IMG/VR virus record: IMGVR_UViG_3300028571_000830
Coordinates: 1-64,000 of that record
DNA from: a virus
Length of the DNA: 64,000 bases
Strand: one strand, 5' to 3'
A program made the translations under genes and the position numbers. The notes below the pieces were generated by a model, which had not been told where the DNA came from, searched no databases, and was given only the letters and a program-made list of their open reading frames with translations. This document shows positions 47,037 through 55,700 of the stretch, one piece after another. Each line of letters begins with the position of its first letter. Positions within the stretch are counted from its first letter, which is position 1.

Positions 47037-50000
47037 AAATTTTTAATTGCTTTGACAATTGAACCATTTCTACTCTTAACATTTTTAGCAGATTTTGCTT
47101 TTTTCTCTTGTGCTTCTTTAATAGTAGCCATTGCTTCTAGTTCTTTTGGTGTCATTGACTGTATATCTAAATCAAATTGAGCCAAAGGATTCATGTTAAT
47201 TGCTCTTCCAGATTTATCGTATCTGTAATTGTATAGATTTTCCATAACACCTAATTGTCTGTTCTCAAGTTTGTTTTGAGCATACTTAGAAGCAATAGAA
47301 TTTAAAGCTTCTTGTGTTGTAGCTTTTGTAGCACTCTTTGCTGCTTCTTGTCTTTGTTGTTGAGTATCGTATATTTGCAAGTTTTGCAACTTAGCTTGGT
47401 TTAATGCATCTATATTACCAGCATATGTTTGTGCTCTTTGTCCTTGGTTGATTCTCATTTGTTCTCCTAAGATTTGATTCTTAGCCATAGTAGCTTGTCC
47501 ATATATAGCAGCTAATGCTTCTGGATTATTTCCAGCAAGTCTTTCAGCTTGTCTAGTTTGAGCAGTGATTTCATTTAACTGATCTTGAAGAGATATATCA
47601 TATGGGGTTTGTAGTTGTGGTTGGAATGTTTGTGCTTGCACTGGTTCTAACTGATTATTAGATAGTGCATACATCTCACCCATCAACTGTCTAGGATCCA
47701 ATTGTTCAGCATCAGTGGGTCTTAAGAATGGAAGCACTTGATTAAAGGCACCTATTCCTTGTTCCAACCAAGAAGACTTTGGTGCTTCTCTTTCTTTTAA
47801 ATCTTTCATATTAGCTAGGAGAGTTTTTAACTGCTCATCTTGAGTACGTTTAGTTAACTTAGCATAATTATCATTAGAAGGAAGTGATCCAGGCTTAAGA
47901 GGTGTACCATAATCTAAAGGATTTGCTTGATACAAAAAGTCTTTAACATTATATGCAGCTCCTAACATATCATCAATCTTAACATCCTCAGTTCCATAAA
48001 GTTCTTTATTTTTAGATTTTATTAGGGCAGCTCTTTTAGGATCTTTTAGTAAGAACTCTTGAAATTCTTTGTTTCCTTTTCCAGTAAAACCTAAAGACTT
48101 TGCAATATTATCCAATTGCTCTGCATTATATGCAGATTTGGTTTTTTGTCCAAGAGCATCTTTATTACCCTCCCAAGGTTTTAAACCATACTTGCTAGTA
48201 TATCCCTTTTGAGCCATAGGAATAGAAGCACCAAGTTTAGCTTTCTTTATCTTACCTTGTGCAAGATCATCAGCAACTAAATTGTATTCTTCTGCTGTAT
48301 CATTAATAGCACTTTGTAAATCAGCTGCATCTTGTTTCTTTCCAGCAATATCTTTAAGTTTCATATTACCACCCATTAAGTTTGCTTGAAGAGCAGACAT
48401 CTTTAATTTATCAAATGAACTATTAACATCAAGATTGTCTAACATATCTGTAGAATTATCTATAAGCTTATTTTGTTTAGCTTCAATTTTAGATAAATCA
48501 TTTACATAGTTTTTAAACTTCTGATTCTTTAGTTTAGGATTTCCTAATATGTTAGCACCTTCTTTATTAATCTTAAGATTACCAAATACAACCATATTAT
48601 CTTCTCCAGATCCACCATCTCTTAGTTTAACAGCAGGTTCACCACCTTCCACTTCTACAGGACTTTGTCCATAAGATATAGGCATACCACCATTCTCATG
48701 AGAAGGTCCTCTAAACATTACAGTTTCTCCTCCATCTGGAAGATATGGATTATTTGATATTGGTTCTGCTTCTCCTCTATACACTTGTAACTCTCCACCC
48801 ATAGCATAGGTTTGCATAGCTCTTTCACTAGGAGGTGTATAACTTTTTAGATGTCCACCAGCTCTTAACATATCTGCATCAGCAGGAGGGTGCAATAAAT
48901 CTTTTACATCATACTCTCCAAATTTAGCAATCACTTGTGGCTGCCAATCATTGCTCACCCATCCACCATCTTCCATTACATTACCAAACTGTTGAGGAAT
49001 ATAGTTACCCATCATTCCTGCTATATTACGATTAGATATGTCATCATATTTTTCTATGTTCCTACCACTTTGATCTATAAGACTTCCAATAGCTTGTCCT
49101 GCAAATTTACCTACAGCAGCTCCAACAGGACCTCCAAAGTATGTACCTGCTGCTGCACCCACTCCACCACCTATTTTAGAACCAGCACTAGGACCTCTTC
49201 CTTTATTAATAAGCATGTTACTAATATTTCCAAGAGCTTCACTTCCACCTTGATTGTTCATAGCATTACCAAATCCTCCTTGATTGATGGCTGTAGAGAA
49301 TCCTGAAGCAGCCATAGGTATTCTACCACCATGATAGAAAGCTTTAATCTGATCACTATCATTTAAAGGCTCATATCCTAGATCATCATACAGAGTGTTA
49401 GGAGCATATGTATTTTGTATCTCTGCACCATATTGTGCAATTATATTTCCTCCATCTTCTCTAGTAGGAACTGCTTTATATCCTTTACTAAAATCTTGTG
49501 CAAAGTTAGTAGCACCTTTTACCACTTTACTTGTTCCTTTCTTTATGGCTGTATTTGTTTTTCCTGCTAGTGGACCAATCATTTTATTAAGAAGAAGATT
49601 GGTTACAGCATCAGATGCTTGTACTGCTGTATTCATTCCCCTGTCTGGATTACCAGCTCTAGTAGCCATTAATTGTTCATCAGTGGTATATGGAATAAAT
49701 CCCATAGAATTTTCATTAAGCCAATCTGCGGCTCTAGGACTAACTCCTTTTACAGCATCTCCTATAGCACTTCCTCCAAACGTTGATACTGCATTTAAAA
49801 GTCTTGTGTTAAGATCTGTAGCCCAATTAGGAACAACTTTTCCATTTTGTGCAGAAAGAATATTAGTTCCTACACCATAAGAAGGAGACAGTTGATCAGG
49901 TTGAATGATTGTATCTTCTGGTCTAGTATAATAATTTTTTAATGGTTGTCTTCTTTGACTAGCAGCTGCATCAGCTTGCACTCCTGTTAACAAAGAATTT

Positions 50001-50395
50001 TGTTTAGCTTCTTTAACAGCTTTGTTCTGATCTTTAATCATAGACACTCCTTCTACAACATCCATTCCTGCTTGAATATAACCAGCAGCTCCTCCTCCTC
50101 CTTTAATACCAGGAACTTTATAAGCATCTAATGTAGCTGGGGTTTTAGGCATTCCTCCCATAGTATTTGTAGCACCAATAGTTTTAGCTAAAGGTATAAC
50201 TTCTCCTCTTTGTGCAATAGGTGGATTACCAAAATCACTTAACTGATGAAGTTGTTTTTTCACCATAGAAGCACCCATAGCAGCTTTCTTAAAAGCTTTA
50301 CCATGCATCTTCATAAATGCTTCTTCTGTTGGGAATTTTTTGTAAAAGCTCTTCTCATCTTTTACACCTGCTAGTTTTAAAATTTCACTCTTCAT
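47033..50395 (-). CDS. Putative internal virion/cargo protein with many xxxG(G) motifs
   Basis: GPSHENGG and VEVEGGE motifs; Gly zipper GGGVGAAAGTYFGGPVGAAVG; Gln-rich helical C-terminus. Confidence 0.7.
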   Translation of the reverse strand: MKSEILKLAGVKDEKSFYKKFPTEEAFMKMHGKAFKKAAMGASMVKKQLHQLSDFGNPPIAQRGEVIPLAKTIGATNTMGGMPKTPATLDAYKVPGIKGGGGAAGYIQAGMDVVEGVSMIKDQNKAVKEAKQNSLLTGVQADAAASQRRQPLKNYYTRPEDTIIQPDQLSPSYGVGTNILSAQNGKVVPNWATDLNTRLLNAVSTFGGSAIGDAVKGVSPRAADWLNENSMGFIPYTTDEQLMATRAGNPDRGMNTAVQASDAVTNLLLNKMIGPLAGKTNTAIKKGTSKVVKGATNFAQDFSKGYKAVPTREDGGNIIAQYGAEIQNTYAPNTLYDDLGYEPLNDSDQIKAFYHGGRIPMAASGFSTAINQGGFGNAMNNQGGSEALGNISNMLINKGRGPSAGSKIGGGVGAAAGTYFGGPVGAAVGKFAGQAIGSLIDQSGRNIEKYDDISNRNIAGMMGNYIPQQFGNVMEDGGWVSNDWQPQVIAKFGEYDVKDLLHPPADADMLRAGGHLKSYTPPSERAMQTYAMGGELQVYRGEAEPISNNPYLPDGGETVMFRGPSHENGGMPISYGQSPVEVEGGEPAVKLRDGGSGEDNMVVFGNLKINKEGANILGNPKLKNQKFKNYVNDLSKIEAKQNKLIDNSTDMLDNLDVNSSFDKLKMSALQANLMGGNMKLKDIAGKKQDAADLQSAINDTAEEYNLVADDLAQGKIKKAKLGASIPMAQKGYTSKYGLKPWEGNKDALGQKTKSAYNAEQLDNIAKSLGFTGKGNKEFQEFLLKDPKRAALIKSKNKELYGTEDVKIDDMLGAAYNVKDFLYQANPLDYGTPLKPGSLPSNDNYAKLTKRTQDEQLKTLLANMKDLKEREAPKSSWLEQGIGAFNQVLPFLRPTDAEQLDPRQLMGEMYALSNNQLEPVQAQTFQPQLQTPYDISLQDQLNEITAQTRQAERLAGNNPEALAAIYGQATMAKNQILGEQMRINQGQRAQTYAGNIDALNQAKLQNLQIYDTQQQRQEAAKSATKATTQEALNSIASKYAQNKLENRQLGVMENLYNYRYDKSGRAINMNPLAQFDLDIQSMTPKELEAMATIKEAQEKKAKSAKNVKSRNGSIVKAIKNL

Positions 50396-50401
50396 AATGT
50401 T

Positions 50402-51883
50402 TTAATTGTATTTGGATAACCAACCACCATTTTTCTTCATAGGATACTCTGTAACAGACTTTCCTTTAAACTTGTATTCTTGACCAGGTTGCATCATTTG
50501 CGTGTCTCCTGTGTCACTTATACCCAGTACGTTGTAAGGAACTCCCTGCATAGTTATTTGGTTGGAGTTTATCTTAGTTATCTCTCCTGGGTATTTTAAT
50601 TGTCCTCTATCATCTTCAATAATTACTCCCTCTTCATATTTATTTAACCATCCTCCATCCTTAAATTTACTAGTTGCTACACTATCCACATAATTCCTAA
50701 ACGCTTTGTTTTCATCTGACATTAGAATTTCTTTTTCTTTAGCCACTTTATTTGGATAGTCAGGATCCCCATAATTATACCCCCTAATAAATGTTCCTTT
50801 TTTAGTCTTATCATTTATAGTTTTCATTTCTCCTTGAAATGGGTATTGTAATATAGAATCATAATATTTTTTAGCCTTATTATACACTCTTGCTGGTACT
50901 TCATTACCAATAGTCCCTAAGTCTTCCCTATTCAAACCCTGATTCATAAGCTCCCAATTTGAAAAGATAGAACTTGGCCTAGTTTCTTCTACTCTAGCCT
51001 TATTATGTATTCTTCTATCACTATAATAACCTATTCCAGTTTCTCTTTGAGCAATAGCTAAAGCTGTATAAGGGTCTATTTTACTCTTAACAGCAGCTTT
51101 GACTATATCATCTAATATAGCAGTATTCACTCTTTGATTATGTCTTGTGTTATATTTTGTATCTTTAATATTTATAAATTTTTTATTTGCAGAATATTTC
51201 ATCTTGGCATCCCTCTCTGCATCATTATATGTATTTTGAAGCTGATCAAATTCTTTACGAGAGTAGGGTAAATTGCTATTACCTGTCAACTTAATATTTA
51301 TATTTCTTTGATTTGTAATTGTATCTAAAGGATTAGCACTAGATAATTGCTGAAGATTAGTATTTACAACTGTGTTATCCTGTTTAGAATTAAAGTTTTC
51401 TTTTAATAAACTAGGTAAACTGAATTTTTTATATTCTCCTTTTACAGTTTTAGCTGTTTGAGCTTTACTTAATTTTCCACCATCCCTACTAATGTTCTTT
51501 GGTTTCCAATCTAGTCCCTCTTGGTAGAACTTCATCTCTTGTCCATTCTGTGCAGAAGCTTTTGTCTTCTTAGCATAAGGACCATTACTAGGAGCAGGAT
51601 CTTGTGTACGTGCGTATGTGAATCCTACAGAACCAGGAAGACTTCCTCCCATTGCCATTGTTCCCCCCCATGCACCATTGTAATTGAAACCTTTGTCTGT
51701 TAATCCAGCCATAGTTCCTTCTATACCATTCTGTGCTTCAGGAGCATCAAACTTATCTAACCATCCACCATCTTTCATAGAATTATCTTTACCACATTGA
51801 TGGCAAATATACATATCCTTCTTACTGGAATCTGATTTATTCCATGACCAGCCACATGTACATTTAACTTTACTGCTCATCAT
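50402..51883 (-). CDS. Virion protein with Zn-ribbon N-terminus, GGWLxKY repeats and a lytic-transglycosylase-like domain
   Basis: CTCG...CHQCG; DGGWLDKF, DGGWLNKY, NGGWLSKY; IDPYTALAIAQRETG...YN.GDPDYPNKV. Confidence 0.6.
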   Translation of the reverse strand: MMSSKVKCTCGWSWNKSDSSKKDMYICHQCGKDNSMKDGGWLDKFDAPEAQNGIEGTMAGLTDKGFNYNGAWGGTMAMGGSLPGSVGFTYARTQDPAPSNGPYAKKTKASAQNGQEMKFYQEGLDWKPKNISRDGGKLSKAQTAKTVKGEYKKFSLPSLLKENFNSKQDNTVVNTNLQQLSSANPLDTITNQRNINIKLTGNSNLPYSRKEFDQLQNTYNDAERDAKMKYSANKKFINIKDTKYNTRHNQRVNTAILDDIVKAAVKSKIDPYTALAIAQRETGIGYYSDRRIHNKARVEETRPSSIFSNWELMNQGLNREDLGTIGNEVPARVYNKAKKYYDSILQYPFQGEMKTINDKTKKGTFIRGYNYGDPDYPNKVAKEKEILMSDENKAFRNYVDSVATSKFKDGGWLNKYEEGVIIEDDRGQLKYPGEITKINSNQITMQGVPYNVLGISDTGDTQMMQPGQEYKFKGKSVTEYPMKKNGGWLSKYN

Positions 51884-52746
51884 TTGAAAGAGATTTGAGA
51901 TGGAACAACTATGAATTGGCTCACTATATGTATCTCAGAATTGTTATCTAATATATGTCTTATCTTTAAATCTTTAGCCCTAAATGTATCTTTCTTGAAT
52001 GACATGGTTGTGTAATTCATATTGGCTTGATTTATAATTTTATCTATAGATAGAGATTCACAACTTCTTACAAACAAGGGAACACTCTTATCTTTAACCA
52101 AAGACCAAAATGTATTGTATTGATAGAAGTTATCACTCTTAGTATATGTAATAGTTTTACTATCTGTGTTATATATTGGATATTTTAAATATGCACTTAA
52201 GTTATTAATTGGTTTAGGTACAAGTTCTAATATTCCTGAAGATTGTTGATCGTTGTACACTAGAGCTTTATTAAACCAAAAGTTATATACAGCTATTTTA
52301 TCACATTCGTCAGAAACAAAATCAACATCACGAAGATATCTATACACTTTGGAATAATCTTTTACATTTTGTAATATCTCATCTTGATATTGATATGCAA
52401 AAGGGTATTCAATAATATAAGGTTCTATGTTATTATAGAAATAATTGTATACAACAGGATTTTTTAAATGTCTCCATATGCATGCATTACTACTAGGAAC
52501 AAATTTTGTACTAGCAATTTCACTCGGATAAACAGTACCAACAGGAAAGTTGCGTTTATTCTTACATTTTCCTAAAGATTCAATAGATATAATAGTTACA
52601 TCATTTTCCACTGAATATCCCATACCTGCTATTAATTCATTCTTACTAACAAGAGCATCTATAACATCTCCATTCTGAGCATTAGTCACTTTGAATGGAC
52701 CCGCTTTAATAGAAGAAGAAATAAGTTTTATAAATATAGTTTTCAT
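51880..52746 (-). CDS. Small Ig-like domain fused to a probable C-terminal part of the tail stabilization (muzzle) protein
   Basis: N-terminus paralogous to 62470-63075; WRH...YNYFY...PYIIEY...FNKALVYNDQQSSG. Confidence 0.6.
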   Translation of the reverse strand: MKTIFIKLISSSIKAGPFKVTNAQNGDVIDALVSKNELIAGMGYSVENDVTIISIESLGKCKNKRNFPVGTVYPSEIASTKFVPSSNACIWRHLKNPVVYNYFYNNIEPYIIEYPFAYQYQDEILQNVKDYSKVYRYLRDVDFVSDECDKIAVYNFWFNKALVYNDQQSSGILELVPKPINNLSAYLKYPIYNTDSKTITYTKSDNFYQYNTFWSLVKDKSVPLFVRSCESLSIDKIINQANMNYTTMSFKKDTFRAKDLKIRHILDNNSEIHIVSQFIVVPSQISFK

Positions 52747-55700
52747 TAATATGTCGTTACATTTATTGTATTTGTAGCTCTTGTATATACAAATGTGAGT
52801 ATTAAATTACCAACACTTGTTCCAACAGTGCCATTAGCTCCAGATATAACATTAGAACTCCATGGTGTAGGTGTAGGCCCTCCTGCTGGAGTAACCGATG
52901 GAATATAGCTTCCCAATGATCCTGTCATTGTCATTGTTTGATTTGGAAATTTTAATGAATATTCACCTGAAACAGCAGCAGAACTTGCAGCTCTACCTCT
53001 TACTTGTAGTGTAAAAGTAGGATAGGTCGTTTGGTTTGGGTATTCAAAATGCAATCTATTAATGTTCCATTCAAATCTTCTTGTTAAAGAAGGACTGGGA
53101 ACTATATTATCTGAAGATAAAAGATAAGCATTAGCAGCAGCATCTCCTGGTACATAAAAATTCAAAGCTCCCACAGCTGAAACAATATTACTTGATGGTG
53201 TCACTCCCAAAGTATCTATATAAGCACACACATCTAAAGAAGTATTATCATACATATCTACAACTAATATAGATATCTGTGTAGGGCTTTGTGTTGTAGT
53301 GGTGGTTGTAGTGGGTTCAATTGTTGTTGTAGTGGTGGTTGTAGTGGGTTCAATTGTTGTTGTAGTGGTGGTTGTGGTAGGTTCTAATGTTGTTGTAGTG
53401 GTGGTTGTGGTAGGTGCTACAGTTGTAGTGGTGGTTGTAGTTGGTGTAGGAACTTCTTCTGCTGTTCCACCTAAATCACAATATAACACTGTTGTAGTGG
53501 TAGTGGTGGTTGCAGGAAGTTCTGCTGTTCCTGCTAATTCACAATTATAAGCCACCACTGTTCCTGCTAAACGACAATCTATAGCAATGGTGGTAGTTGT
53601 AGTGGTGGTGGGTTGTGGAACCAATTCACCTACAATAGCATCAATTTCACTACAGCAATCATTAAGTCCTGAATAGAAGAAGTTATTTTCAGCTACATAC
53701 CAATTAGGTAAATAACTATGGAATGAAATCCAACTCTTTGTATTAAAGTTAAATGAAACTGACCAAGACTTATTACAGAAGTAATCAAGATCTGTAAGAT
53801 ACACTTGTGTTAATATCTCCACATCATTCACTATTTCTTTTACATAGTATTCTTTTGTAATTGAATCATATATAATGTTATTTGTTTTTGGAATATAGTC
53901 AAGCTTTGTAATGATTATTCTATCATACTTGCTATCAAATACACCATGTAATCCTACACCAGTGAAATGATTATCTGTATCCACTTCTGGAAAGTATTTT
54001 ATAATCTCAAAAGCTAAATGATCTGTAAACCATCTATTCATACCAGAACCAAAACCTGTTAAATCTGTAGCTTGGTTACCAGCAATTAAGAACACTTGTC
54101 CTCTCTTAGCATCTATTGTTATTTGTCCTTGTGGAATCTTTAACAACATCTTGTTTTGAGAACCTACATATCCAAGATCTGTTTCTGCAAAATCAATAGC
54201 AGGGGAAGATTCAAATAGTCTACTATTACCTACGTAAGCAGCTTGGGGATTACTTGTATTGATTGTTAATAAAGTGTTATATAATAAACTCTTATTATCA
54301 AATCTAGCAAGAACAGCTTTGTTCTCAATACCATCTAATGATGTAAGATTACCATAATTCTGAGGAAAATCAAAATAAGAAACAGCTCTATAAATTAACC
54401 AATTATTTACTATATTACCTACAGTGCTTATCTGAGGATCAGAATAAATTGCTCTAAATGGAAACACTGTTTTACATAAGTCAGGAGTCCAGTTAATAGG
54501 AAGATGACTAAAGAAGTTTTCTGTATTTTGTTTAGAGAATGTAGTGTTATAGTAATATGTATTATCTTGAGCAATTGTTACATTGCTTTCTTGTACCCAA
54601 TCATCAGGTATATCTGTGCTAACATGAGGCCAGAAATCTCCTTCTTTATTATTAAAGGCTTGACGTAAGTCTACATTATATCCTGATTCACAATAGAAAT
54701 AAGGAATACCATAAGCAAACAAATACATCTTACCATCATAGAAAGTTCTTCCTGGATTAGTTTCAGGAGTTTGACTGTTAGGACAATCTAGATTGTGAGC
54801 TTTAATTGATATAAAGTTTCTTAGATTTATACCATCTACAGAAACATCACTAAGAACAGATCTTGCTGAAAACCAATACTCAGGATATGCAACATTTCCT
54901 ATCTCATCATAATATATATCAGAATCATCAGGAGCTCCCACTCTATTATCTATAAAGAAAGGAAGTTTAGTTTTAAAAGCAAACTTACTAATAAATGTAT
55001 CACCACCAAACACTGTATCATACACTGGTGCAAGGATGGGTGTAATATCTCTTTGGAATCCAGTATCTATTGTATCATATGAATAGATTTGTCCCCATTG
55101 ATTTACAAATTGATTCTTTAATGAAGCGTAATAAGAAACAACAGAAGTGGAAGATATTTCTTCAGGTTTACTACAATCTTTTTCAGATAGAACAAATCTT
55201 GAATCATCTGTAACCATAGGTATTCCACTAGGAGCTATAGATGGTGTTTTATCTGGAAATGGTAATGGTGGTTTAGCATCATCAGTTTTTAAATAAACTG
55301 AAGATTCTCTTTGCCAGTTGTTTATATTTTTATCATCACCAACACTCTGTACACCAGGAATTAAATACTGAGCAATATCAAGAGTTCTTTGTTTAATACC
55401 TAATACACCATCTGCACTAGTAGCTGCATTATCAATATACCCACTATAGTCATAACTACCTATTGAGTTAAATGAATAAGCATAGTTACGTCTAGTTATA
55501 CCATTGATATAAATAGTTAGATATGATTGATATGCTGCAAATAAAACAGAAGCATCTAATGATCCTGTTATAGAAGCAATATCAGTGGAGCTCTTTAATG
55601 CATCTTCTTGAGCTTCTCTACTAATCATTTTATAAAGAGCATTCTTTCTCACTTGAACAAAATGAGCCCTACCAGCTCCAAACATTACATTTTCAAGTTT

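Noticed and set aside
25641-49880. Many short plus-strand ORFs inside the giant genes
   Set aside because: Antisense shadow ORFs without motifs, fully nested in well-supported minus-strand CDSs
12311-53550. Poly-Val plus-strand ORFs (12311-12562, 53299-53550)
   Set aside because: Antisense readings of poly-Thr tracts
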